Positions 49,908 to 62,778 of a stretch of 64,000 nt of DNA are shown here, piece after piece. The stretch spans positions 12,710,001 through 12,774,000 of the forward strand of contig NC_043014.1 of assembly GCF_006345805.1 (NCBI RefSeq). Direction: 5' to 3'. Below the pieces are notes generated by a model. The model was not told the DNA's origin and did no database searches. It was given only the letters and a program-made list of their open reading frames with translations. Origin of the DNA: Octopus sinensis. Its lineage: Eukaryota. The number at the start of each line of letters is the position of its first letter. Position 1 is the stretch's first letter. Made by a program: the position numbers and the translations under genes.

Positions 49908-50220
49908 TTTCTTTATTGGCCACACAGGGCTGCACACAGATGGGACAAATTACAAGGTAGAGCTTTTCTTTTGGGGGATGAAAAAACAAAAAACAAAAGA
50001 AACAAAAGAATGTGGAAAAGTTTTCGATCAAAAGGGATCGTAAAAGGGAAAAAAGAAAAAGAAACAAAAGAAAATAAAAAAGGTAAAAATAAGAAAAAAG
50101 AGGAAAAAAGGGGAAGAAGAAAAAAAAACGATCAATAGGGATCGTGTATCAGGGGGAAGCGGATGAGGTTTATCCGTGGGAAGAAAAGCCTACGAAAAAG
50201 ACCACGGTAACCTCGGTCAA
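49908..50220 (-). mobile_element. LINE-like 3' end with AATAAAGAAA terminus; second copy at 61358-61660(+)
   Basis: Both copies share TTGACCGAGGTTACCGTGGTCTTTT and CCTTGTAATTTG...GCAGCCCTGTGTGG-AATAAAGAAA and abut (GATA)n. Confidence 0.65.
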
Positions 50221-50394
50221 TATTGTTATATGTTACCACATTTGTTTTCAATTTCTGGGTTCATAGGATTAAGCTCAAGGTGGCTTCGTCATTCATACGT
50301 GCCATCCTTGCTACATTCACCCATCTTTTTTTAAAACATTCGCTAGACAAAACTTGCCTAGATAGATAGATAGATAGATAGGGAGAGAGAGAGA

Positions 50395-50757
50395 GAATCT
50401 CACCAACAAATTCAGTTCTTTTCTTATCAGAATGTTCAGAGTGAGTTTTTCAAGCAGCCACATCATAATCCTCATTAGACTCATCCAACTCTTCCCAAAT
50501 CCTCTGCAATGTCCTCAGATTGATACCCAAACACTATGACATGTTCGTATTGGAGCTTCTGGTGTGAATGCCAAGCAGTACAGTAGGTTGTTTCCAAATT
50601 TATAGCAGAGTGAATTGCGTCATGGTGCTGTTTTTCTCACAGGCAGTGCCCAACTGACCCTACTATACTGTATAGTCGACAAAATCAAAAACAAATAATG
50701 TGCATGTGCAAAATTAAAAAACTAAAATTGCAACAATTTACCCATCACACCCTGTAT
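50395..50757 (-). mobile_element. Tc1/mariner-superfamily 5' end (TIR + transposase N-terminus)
   Basis: TIR-like TACAGGGTGTGATGGGTAAATTG; minus translation ...LLGIHTRSSNTNMS*CLGINLRTLQRIWEELDESN...SDKKRTEFVGE. Confidence 0.6.
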
Positions 50758-51166
50758 ATATATATATATATATATATACAAATTGAGATAGGGGTTGTAA
50801 ATGCAACCCTCCATGGGATAACATATATCCAATATACTGCTAGTGAAGTACCCAACAAAGTTAATACATAAATGTTAAGAATTGTGATGCAATTAATTCA
50901 TTTACTGTATTATATGGGCAAAGGTAAAATGTTTTACCAAAAATTTATAATACAAAATAAGAAAATGGAGAAATACAACCAAACCAAATATCAATTTCCA
51001 GATAATACCCAGTCACATACTTTATTAAACCACCACATAAGAGACTTTAATGTCAAACATAATAATGTAGAACAAAACAGTGTACATAAAGGAGTAATGT
51101 GATACAATAAGTACAATATGTATAAGAGAATATAAATATAAGTAAATATAAATATAAATATAGACT

Positions 51167-51298
51167 ACATCTTACAGCTGTTTTGGCCATGCAGATAAGT
51201 ATGTCTCATTTTACTTATATTAGCCATTTGTGGTAGATCAATATGTAGTTATAAATGAGACATTTACAAAAATATCCTTAGGCCTCTTCGGAGATTGT
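51167..51298 (-). ncRNA. Degenerate type I hammerhead with extended stem II
   Basis: Minus: ACAATCT-CCGAAGA-GGCC-[~95-nt insert]-GGCC-AAAA-CAGCTG-TA-AGATGT; two core transitions (U4C, G12A); palindromic stem III. Confidence 0.6.
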
Positions 51299-51804
51299 GA
51301 TACAAATCAGATTACATACACACTTATATAGGTGTGGGTACATACCCATAATAAAACATATACATATGAGTGCATATACTCATACTCCCATACATATACA
51401 TATATATATACATAATAATATAAATCAATAAACATACATATGTTCCACACTCAATGTTACAGTTTTCCAACTAAATAGTGTGATAATTACAATGTAGAAA
51501 AACATACACATATTAATACCCAAATGCAGATATACAGAGTCAAGAGTACATTATATTAATTCCTATTAATTTCCAAAATGTCATTAATGTTAGCATCATT
51601 ATCATTGTCATTACCACTAATGCTACCAATATCATCATTCATATTATTATTAATAACGCTAATACTAGAAAAACAATATATAGATTCCATTATTAGCAAT
51701 ATAGTCACAATAGTACTACAATACCTTGCAAAGCGTTAAATATCTGCATATACATACGAGCTTTTATTTCATATTTCGTATGTTGTATACATATTGTTGT
51801 ATAC

Positions 51805-51915
51805 TTCTTGCACTGAAGAGAACAGTGATATGTAATTAATTTAAATTAATCAAATTAATTTTAATTATTCTACCATGTTATTTAAATGTTAATATCGCTG
51901 TTCGAAATGAGCATC
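51805..51915 (+). ncRNA. Hammerhead motif with 12-bp stem II and 60-nt AT-rich loop; stem I 3' strand missing
   Basis: CTGAAGA 51813-51819; GAACAGTGATAT/ATATCGCTGTTC; GAAA 51904-51907; then TGAGCATC running into an (ATC)n RTE tail. Confidence 0.6.
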
Positions 51916-52073
51916 ATCATCATCATCATCATCATCGTTTAACGTCCGCTTTCCATGCTAGCATGGGTTGGACAATTTGACTGAGGACTGGCGTATCAGA
52001 TGGCTGCACCAGACTCCAATCTGATCTGGCAGAGTTTCTACAGCTGGATGCCCTTCCTAACACCTGCATTATT

Positions 52074-52184
52074 TACATTATTTACATTTGACAGATATAT
52101 TTGTCCACATCTTGTTTGTTGTTAACACAACGTTTCAGCTGATATATCCGTCAAATGAAATATCCGTCAAATGTAAATAATGTA
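52074..52184. mobile_element. Short element with 25-bp inverted ends, probable Penelope-like terminus; related fragment at ~29240-29295
   Basis: TACATTATTTACATTTGACAGATAT / ATATCCGTCAAATGTAAATAATGTA; the minus strand carries the half-hammerhead CAGCT-GAAA-CGT-T. Confidence 0.55.
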
Positions 52185-52757
52185 CACAATTCCTCATCTC
52201 TTAAATATTGAACTGATGCATGTATTAAAATTCTTTCAAATTTTAACATCTTCTCTTCTCCATTTTTAACATATTTGTTGGGTTTCTATGGGATGCCTTT
52301 CCATAAATTCTCATAACACACACACACACACACACACACATGTATATGTAAATACACACACAACAACCTTCCACACAGTTTCCATCTTTCAAATGCATTC
52401 ACAAGGCATCAGTCGACCCTGGAGCTATAATAGAAGAGAAGACACTTAATCAAACTGCTGTGCAGTAGGACTGAACCTGAATCCACATCATTGCAAAGCA
52501 AGCTTCTTAACCACACAGCCATGCCTACACTTATACCAATTAATTTTAACCCATTGACAGTAATAAGATTTGTCATTTGAGAAATAATTGGTAATATGGA
52601 GAAGTCATTGAACAATAATGTTGGTGAGTGTTGGATGCAGTTGACATCAAAGGAATTAATTTGTCAGTTTATTGTGTGGAAATAATGGTTTAGATGAAGT
52701 AGTGGAGAGTCTGTGTTTTTACAGCTGCTGTTAACTTGATAAGATTAAGGTTTTTAA

Positions 52758-52835
52758 TGATTAGGAAAAAATATGAAGGTTCATACAATGGGGAGAGAGA
52801 GGGAGGGAGAAAGAGAGAGATAGAGATTGATAAAT

Positions 52836-52869
<34 letters not shown>

Positions 52870-53118
52870 TGATAGGGAGGAAGAGAGAGAGTGGGTGGGA
52901 GATAAGTAGATAGATAGAGAGTGAGGGAGAGGAAGAGATAGGTGATTAGGAAAAAATGTGAAGGGTCATACAATGGGGAGAGAGAGGGAGGGAGAAAGAG
53001 AGAGATAGAGATTGATAAATAGATAGATAGATAGAGAGAGAGAGAGTGATAGGGAGGAAGAGAGAGGGGGTGGGAGATAAGTAGACAGATAGAGAGTCAG
53101 GGAGAGGAAGAGATAGGT
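52758..53118. repeat. Tandem duplication (~185-bp period) of a GA-rich segment, followed by (GACA)n, (GGAT)n and (GGGT)n
   Basis: TGATTAGGAAAAAA at 52758 and 52943. Confidence 0.85.
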
Positions 53119-53670
53119 AGATAGCCAGGCAGGCAGGCAGACAGACAGACAAGACAGTAAAGACAGACTGACAGACAAACAGACAGACGGACGGATGGAT
53201 GGATGGATGGATGGATGGATGGGTGGGTGGGTGGGTGGATGGATTGATGGATGGATAATTGAGAGTGTGTGTGTGTGAGAGAGATAGAGAGACTATATTT
53301 GGATGTAATGAGCTTAGCTCATTAATGACAGGATATAGGGTGAGATTAGCAAAAAAAGAAAACAAAAGCAAAAAAAGATGTGGTAGCCATTACAAGTGGC
53401 TACCCAAAAACTGTAGATTAAAGATCATTGATATCTTCAAATATGGGGGGAAAAAACAATAGTGGAATTTCTTTGATCATTTTAAAATCTTTGTATCATG
53501 TATTTGTGAGTGAGTAATAGCCATTGTTGGATATAGATTTGCAATACTGACATACACACACACACACAGACACACACGCACGCACACACATGCATGCACA
53601 CACACACACACATTTATGACCTTGTGATATAGATTTGTAATACGGACATACACACACACACACATGCACA

Positions 53671-53702
<32 letters not shown>

Positions 53703-55009
53703 TGCATGCACACACACACATGCGTGAAGACACGTGGCCTTGTGGTTGGGGTTTTGTACAGATTTACAATGCTGACATACACATACACACAACACACAAC
53801 ACACACACAAACACACACACACACACACATACATACACAGTGAAGACATGTGGCCTTGTGGTTGGAGTTTTGTACCCATGACCTTGTGATCATGGTTTCA
53901 ATTCCCAGACTGGCAGTGCATTGTGTTCTTGTGTGAAAGACTTCATTCCATGTGGCTCCTGTCCACCCAGCTGTAAATGGGCCACTCTGTGATGGACTGA
54001 TGTTCCATCCAGGGGCCAATGTCAGTCTGCTTGCCTAGCCAGTGGGGTGGCATCATTTGAAAGCTATAACAATGCAAAGAACAATATTGTGATTAATGGT
54101 GTATAACAATATTTAATAGTTTGGTTGATACAGCAATATATATAAGTGCAAAGGTGGCGAGCTGGTAGAAATGTAAGCACGCCGGGCGAAATGCTTAGCA
54201 GTATTTCGTCTGCTGTTACATTATGAGTTCAAATTCCGCCAAGGCCGACTTTGCCTTTCATCCTTTCGGGGTCGATAAATTAAGTACCACTTATGCATTG
54301 GGGTTGATGTAATCGACTTAATCCCTTTGTCTGTTCTTGTTTGTCCCCTCTGTGTTTAGCCCCTTGTGGGCAATAAAGAAATAAGAAACGTTACCGCGCA
54401 GGGTGAAATGTTTAGTGGTATTTCGGCTGTCTTTACATTCTGAGTTCAAATTTCACCAAGGTTGACTTTGTCTTTCATCCTTTCGGGGTTGATAAACTAA
54501 GTACCAGTTGCATACTGAGGTTGATCTAATTAACTGGTCCCCTCCCCAAAAAATTTCGGGCCTTGTGCCTAGAGTAGTAAAGGATATATATGTGTGGATC
54601 TATCAGGTGTGGCTGAGGGGTAAAAAGCTTCCTTTCCGACCACATGGTTCCAGATTCAGTCCCACTGCATGGCACCTTGGGCAAGTGTCTCCTTTTATAG
54701 CCTCACACTAACTAAAGCCACGTGAGTGGATTTGGTAGACAGAAACTGAAAGAAGCCCATCGTATGTGTGTGTGTGTTTGTCTGTTTATGTTTGCCCCCT
54801 GCCATCGCTTGACAACTGACGCTGGTGTGTTTATGTTCCCGTAACTTAGTGGTTTGGCAAAAGAGACTGATAGAATAAGTACTAGGCTGACAAAGAATAA
54901 ATCTTGGGATCGATTTCTTTGACTAAAACCCTTTGAGGTGGTGCTCCAGCATGGCTGCAGTCAAATGATTGAAACAAGTAAAAGACTAAATGAATCTTAA
55001 TAAGCTGAC

Positions 55010-56204
55010 AGGCCAACTTTCGTTATTCCAGATTGAATCCGATGGCTGCAACAGGACATTGGACATTCACTAATAAACACTGCTTGTCACAGCTGACTAG
55101 TATATAGGATGCAGTCAGGACATGATGACAATTTGGAAGCTGACCATGCAATAAAGTTTTATTTCAAACTGAGCACAAACACTACAAAAACTTATGAATT
55201 GGAGTGGAAATAGGTGTAGGAGTGGCTGTGTGGTAAGTAGCTTGCTTACCAACCACATGGTTCCAGGTTCAGTCCCACTGCGTAGCACCTTGGGCAAGTT
55301 TCTTCTACTATAGCCTCTGGCCGACCAAAGCCTTGTGAGTGGATTTGGTAGACGGAAACTGAAAGAAGCCCGTCGTATATATATATATATATATATATAT
55401 GTATTTATGTGTGTGTATATGTTTGTGTGTCTGTGTTTGTCCTCCCAACATCACTTGACAACCGATGCTGGTGTGTTTACGTCCCTGTAACTTAGCGGTT
55501 CGGCAAAAGAGACCGATAGAATAAGTACTAGGCTTACAAAGAATAAGTCCTGGGGTCGATTTGCTCGACTAAAGGCGGTGCTCCAGCATGGCCACAGTCA
55601 CATGACTGAAACAAGTAAATTACTCTTTTACTTGTAAAAAGAGTTAACTGCTCCAGACTGGTCATAGATTAACGTGTATGAGCTGATCACTGGCGCAAAG
55701 CAAGTCTACTAGAAAGCTCATAAAATCCCCTTTTTCAACAGCAAAGACATCCTCTGTATCAAATGGGTTCCCGATGGACAAGCGGTCAACAAGGAGTACT
55801 TTGTGGGAGTTTTGAGGGGGTTTAGGAAGAGATTTCATTGCAAAAGGCCAGAGCACCTGTACCAGGACAATGCACTAGTCCACAATTCCGTCTTGGTAAC
55901 CAACCACATGACAGAGATGGGCAACAAAACTGCCCCTCGTCCTCTCTATAGTCTAGATCTTGTTTTCTGTGAATTTTGGTTGTTCCCCAAGCTAAAGGAA
56001 TAGATGAAGAAGGCTGTAACAAGGGTCCTGTTCACTTTCCCTTAGGAGGACTTGCATGGAGCCTTCATGAAGTGGCTGGAGAACTACAAGAAGTGCACTA
56101 AAGTCAGAGGGTCCCACTTTCGAAAATATTAGGGTTTTATACTTCTTTATTGATTAATGAACGTCTATCTTGAAAAAATCTCAAAACTTCTGGAATACAC
56201 CTAG
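55010..56204 (+). mobile_element. Degenerate mariner element split by a SINE A insertion (55213-55635)
   Basis: 5' part HAIKFYFKLSTNTTKTYE; 3' part WVPDGQAVNKEY...YQDNALVH...LYSLDLVFCEFWLFPKLKE. Confidence 0.7.
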
Positions 56205-56289
56205 TGTGTGTGTGTGTGTGTATGCGTGTGCGTATGTGCGCGCGCGTTTGTGTGTGTGTGTGTGCGTATGTGTATAAATATATATATAT

Positions 56290-56437
56290 ATATGTTCATG
56301 AAGAATATGTGTGTTTTCAAAGGTGTTGATCCCCTCCTTAATCTGACTCCTCCATCTGTGGCAATGACAGCCAATGATCTCCCAGTTGGTCTCCTGCATA
56401 TCACAGGCCTTTAATGAGGACTTGACACAAGGCTGCA
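56290..56437 (-). mobile_element. RTE (BovB-like) ORF C-terminal remnant
   Basis: Minus strand KSSLKACDMQETNWEIIGCHCHRWRSQIKEGINTFE. Confidence 0.55.
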
Positions 56438-58456
56438 ATACATACATACATACATACATACATACGTACATACATACATACATACATGCATACATGCATA
56501 CATACATGCAAACATACATGCATACATACGTGCATACATGCATACATACATGCATACATGCATACATACATACATACATGCAAACATACATGCATACATA
56601 CGTGCATACATGCATACATAATACATACATACATGCATACATGCATACATACATGCAAACATACATGCATACATACGTGCATACATGCATACATAATACA
56701 TACATACATGCATACATACCTACATGCATACATACATGCATACATACATACATGCATACATGCATACATACATGCAAACATACATGCATACATACGTGCA
56801 TACATGCATACATAATACATGCATACATGCATACATACATACATACAATCATACATACATACATACATGCATACATACATGCATACATACATAAATACAT
56901 GCATACATACATGCATACATACATTCACACATACATGCATATATACATACATGCATACATGCACACATGCATACATACATACAATCATACATACAATCAT
57001 ACATACATGCATACATGCATGCATACATACATACGTACATGCATATATACATACATACCTGCATACAATCATACATACATGCATATATACATACATACAT
57101 GCATACAATCATACATACATGCATATATACATACATACCTGCATACATGCATACATACATGCATGCATACATACATGCATACATGCACAGATGCATACAT
57201 ACATACATAAATCATACATACATACATACATGCATACATACATGCATAAATGCATACATACATACGTGCATACATACATACATGCATATATACATACATA
57301 AATGCATACATACATGCATACATGCATGCATGCATGCATACATACATACATGAATGCATACATACATGCATACATACATGCATACATACATACAATCATA
57401 CATACATACATGCATATATACATACCTGCATACATGCATACATACATGCATACATACATGCATACATACATGCATATATGCATACATACATACATGCATT
57501 CATGCATACGTACATACATACATGTATACATGCATGCATACATACATGCATACATACATCAATACATGCATATATGCATACATACATGCATACATACATT
57601 GCATACATACATAATGCATACATGCATACATACATGCATACATACATGCACACATGCATATATACATGCATACATACATACATGCATACATACATGCATA
57701 CATGCATACATACATGCATACATGCAGGCATACATACATACAATCATTCATACATACATGCATGCGTACATACATACATGCATACATACATGCATACATA
57801 AATACATACATGCATACATACATACATGCATGCATGCATACATACATCCATCCATACATACATGCATATATACATACATGCATATATATATACCTGCATA
57901 CGTGCATACATACATGCATACATACATGCATTCATGCATACATACATCCATCCATACATACATGCATACATACATACATGCATATATATACATACATACA
58001 TGCATGCATACATACATACATGCATACATACATGCATACATACATACATAAATACATACATGCATACATGCATACATACATGCATGCATGCATACATACA
58101 TACATCCATACATACATGCATATATACATACATGCATATATATATATATACCTGCATACATGCATACATACCTGCATACATACATACATACATGCATTCA
58201 TGCATACATACATACATCCATACATACATACATGCATTCATGCATACATGCATGCATAGATACATACATGCATGCATACATGCATACACGCATACATACA
58301 TACATACATACATGCATATATGCATACATACATACATGCATACATACATACATGCATACATGCATACATACATGCATACATGCATACATTCATATATGCA
58401 TACATACATGCATACATACATGCATACATGCATACATGCATACATATATACATACA
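56438..58456. repeat. ~2-kb compound (CATA)n/(CATG)n microsatellite array
   Basis: Almost continuous CATA/CATG units; variant markers (GCAAAC, CGTGC) recur at ~72-75-bp spacing near 56508-56655. Confidence 0.98.
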
Positions 58457-60344
58457 GGAGTGGCTGTGTGGTAAGTAGCTTGCTTAACAACCACATGGTT
58501 CCGGGTTCAGTCCCACTGCTTGGCACCTTGAGCATGTGTCTTCTACTATAACTTCGATTTGACCAAAGCCTTGTGAGTAGATTTAGTAGACAGAAACTGA
58601 AAGAAGTCCATCATATATATTTATATATATGTGTATGTGTGTGTATATATGTTTGTGTGTCTGTGTTTGTCCCCATAACATTGATTGACAATTGATGGTG
58701 GTGTGTTTACGTCCCCATAACTCAGTGGTTCAGCAAAATAGACTGATAGAATAAGTACTAGGCTTAAAAAGAATAAGTCCTGGGTCAATTTACCCGACTA
58801 AAGGCAATGCTCCAGCATGGCCTCAGTCAAATGACTGAAACAAGTAAAAGAGTAAAAGGTAAAGAGTATACATACATAATACACATATGCATGTATGCAT
58901 ACATACATACATACATACATACATACATACATACATACATACACACACATAAATATATAAAGATAATTAGTTTTAATTATGTAGGTTACCAAATTAGTGG
59001 AGGAGGATGCTCTGAAAGTGTAGCTGTTAGAATAAGAACTGGCAGGGTAATGTTCAGAGAGCTATTACATTTGGTGGAAACCAAAGGCTACTCCCTCAGA
59101 GTGAAAGGTGTCTACCTTTCACTCTGAAGGAGAAGGTTTTGTACAAACAGCTCTGCTACATGAATGCTGAGGACATGTGAAAACTTGAAAGAAATTAAGC
59201 CAGTATGCTCAGCTGGATGTGTAAAATACATTGCATGTATGACAAAGTACAAATATGTTAAGGAAAAAAAATGGGTATTAAAGGCATCAGATGTAGTGTC
59301 CTTGTTTGTCCCCTCTGTGTTTAGCCCCTTGTGGGCAATAAAGAAATAAGAAACATTAGCACACTGGGTGAAATGCTTAGTGTTATTTCGCCTGTCTTTA
59401 CGTTCTGAGTTCAAATTTCACCAAGGCTGACTTTGCCTTTCATCCTTTCGGGGTTGATAAACTAAGTACCAGTTGCATACTGGGGTTGATATAATTGACT
59501 GGTCCTCTCTCCATAAAATTTTGGGCCTTGTGCCTAGAGTAGTTTGCAAGAAAGAAGACTGCACTGATTTTGTCATGGGATGAGGATTGATGAGAATAAA
59601 CTGCATAAAAAAGGGCCGGTCACTAGATGTGGAGGGAACCTGTGGAAGAGAAAGACATGGAACAAAGTGGTGGAAAAGGATCTTCAGATGTTGAGCCTCA
59701 CAGAGGCGATGGCGAAGGACTGTGACAAATAGCAGTTTACTGAGCTTGAGTATACTCAGCCAGCTAAATAAAAAATCAAGGCAAAAAGACATGTCCTTTA
59801 TGTCCGTGCCCCTGACAAACCCCTCCTCCATATCTCGTCTACCTGATATCTGTCTCTTCCCCCATCCATGTTCACCACTCACTGTATTCGCCTCCCTTCT
59901 ATCCCCTATTCTCCCTTGCAAACCACCCTACCCACAGTTTGCAAAAATCTTCTTGTAATACAATTCATGAAGTCCAACTAACATGCCCATCGCTAAGGAG
60001 GTGCACTGGGTGGCATTGACCCCTCGCTATTCAATGGTGCACCCTCAAATTTACAAAATACAGTTTACAAAAATCTTCCTGCCCACCAAGGAATTTGATG
60101 GTTTGACAAAAGATACTGGTAAAATAAGTACCACACTCAGAAAAGCACGAGTACTGAGGTTGATTTGTTTGACTAAAACCCTTCGTGGTAGTGCCCCAGT
60201 GACTCAAATGAATACATGATAAAAAGTAAGAGACAATAAGATATATCACACTCAATATGACAAGCACTGATAGCTTTAATTAATCAGGATTATAATGCGA
60301 CAAGAAGACATTATTGAATAAGGTTTTAATCAACCAAATACAAG

Positions 60345-60383
60345 GGTTTGATATCTATCTATCTATGTCTGACTGTCCGCCTG

Positions 60384-60418
<35 letters not shown>

Positions 60419-60513
60419 GTCAGTCAGTCTGTCAGTCTCTCTCTATCTATCTATGTCTGTCTGTCTGCATGTCTATCTGTTGGTCAGTCTCTATCTATCT
60501 ATCTATCTATCTA

Positions 60514-60560
<47 letters not shown>
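60345..60560. repeat. (TCTA)n/(TCTG)n microsatellites; further tracts at 61085-61240 and 61662-61760
   Basis: Direct reading. Confidence 0.95.
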
Positions 60561-60561
<1 letters not shown>

Positions 60562-61085
60562 TCTGAAACACTTCCTGGCACCAAAGTCTGGTGACAGACT
60601 GGGTTGATGTGATTGACTTATTCTTCCCTCTAAAATTGCTTGGCCTCATGCCAAAATTCGAAACAATTATTACTACTTGTAGTAGGGACTCAAAAGAGAT
60701 TTAGCTGCTATTTCTAACAGGCTGATGAGCCACAAAGAGAGTATCTCCCTGGATGCTTGTTGGTTATGCTGTTGTGTTTTTACCCCCAGGTCAAGCCTCA
60801 GTGAGCAAACCTGTCATAACAGGCATTCTAGACATGACCATTCATCAAGTTATATCCCAGACCACAGTTGTCAATGTGGCTCTCTTATTGGTTGGTCATG
60901 CTGTGTTTGTATGAGTTGACACCAGGTGACAGTCAAGTCTGAACCTGTTCAATCCAGTTTGCTGTTGAACAGGTTGTGACATGCTTGAGAATTTAGAGGT
61001 ACAAGACTGAACATCCCTGAACACTAGACTACTCTTTGTTGAGACAGAGTAATAAGATGAACATATCCAGAGATAATAGGACAAA

Positions 61086-61121
<36 letters not shown>

Positions 61122-61662
61122 CCTAATTATCTGTCTGTTTGCCTGTCTGTCTATCTATCTATCTGTCTGTCTGTCTGTCTGTCTGTCCACCTGTCTATCT
61201 ATCTGTCTGTCTGTCAGTTTCTATCTATCTATCTATCTAGCAAGATGAATGACGAAGCCACCTTGACTATGATTCTATGAACCATAAAAATTAATACAGA
61301 GAGTTGCTTATTTGCAAAAAAAAAAAAGAAAAGAAAGAAATATAACATGTGACTTCATTGACCGAGGTTACCGTGGTCTTTTCCGTAGGCTTTTCTTTCC
61401 ACGGGTAAACCTCACCTGTCCTCCCCTTTACACTTCATATTGACATTTCTGTGATTACGATCCCTATTGATCAACTTTTTTTTCCTCTCCCCTTTTCTCC
61501 CCCCCCCCTTTTTTTTAATCCTCCCCTTTTTTTGTCCTCTTTCTTTCCTTTTACAATCCCTTTTGATCGAAAACCAACCCCCTTTTTTTACCCCCAAAAG
61601 AAAAGCTCTACCTTGTAATTTGTTCTGTCTGTGTGCAGCCCTGTGTGGCTAATAAAGAAACA

Positions 61663-61705
<43 letters not shown>

Positions 61706-62157
61706 GTCTGTCTGTCTGTCTATCCATCTGTGGGTCTATCTGCCTGCCTCTCTGTCTATCCATGTAACTAATCTATCTATCTTTCTGTCTGTCCCTATTT
61801 ATCTAACTGCTGGTCTACTTGTCTGTCTAGTTCTAACTCCCACATTATAACAGTATAAGGAAACCTATTACGAAAAAATTAAACTTTCTTATAAATACAT
61901 TAGTGTATAGTCTTCTATTGTCTTTCATAGCCTCTCCTAATAATCACACAATGTCCTATTCCATATATCAAGCATTGTTACCATGTCTACTAAGGAACAG
62001 GCTATTCACCTCTCAACCACACTGTGTGATCTATCCTCAATTTTAATTCCTTGGGAGGTTCTGATGAATTACCTCAAATCGAAGCAAATTTTTATCTTGA
62101 GTTGTCTCCCTTGTATTTGGTTGATTAAAACCTTGTTCAATAATGTTTACCTCTTCT

Positions 62158-62778
62158 GATTTCTTTATTGCCCACAAGGGGTTAAACATAGAGGGGACAA
62201 ACAAGGACAGATAAAGGGATTAAGTCGATTATATCAACCCCAGTGCTTAACTGGTACTTATTTAATCGACCCTGAAAAGATGAAAGGCAAAGTCGACCAT
62301 GGCGGAATTTGAACTCAGAACGTAACGGCAGACGAAAAACAACTAAGCATTTAGCCCCACGCGTTAATGTTTCTTATTTCTTTACTGCCCACATGGGGCT
62401 AAACACAAAGGGGACAAACAAGGACAGAGAAAGGGATTAAGTCAATTACATCGACTCCTGTGCATAACTTGTACTTATTTAATCGACCCCGAAAGGATGA
62501 AAGGCAAAGTCGACCATGGCGGAATTTGAACTCAGAAAATAGCAGCAGACAAAATACCTATTTCTTTACAACCCACAAGGGGCTAAATACAGAGAGGACA
62601 AACAAGGACAGACAAATGGATTAAGTCGATTATATCGACCAGTGTGTAACTGGTACTTATTTAATCGATGAAAGGCAAAGTCGACCTTGGCGGAATTTGA
62701 ACTCAGAACGTAGTGGCAGACAAAATACCGCTAAGCATTTTGCCTGGCGTGCTAACAATTCTGCTAGTTCAACGCCTT
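62158..62778 (-). repeat. Head-to-tail trimer of SINE B
   Basis: Three 3' ends (TTTCTTTA...CCCACAAGG on +) at ~62160, 62372 and 62560; head at 62778. Confidence 0.88.

Noticed and set aside
56181-58551. Many long His/Thr/Tyr/Ile- or Met/Tyr/Val/Cys-rich ORFs (up to 278 aa)
   Set aside because: They are stop-free translations of the (CATA/CATG)n array in several frames and on both strands, not genes.
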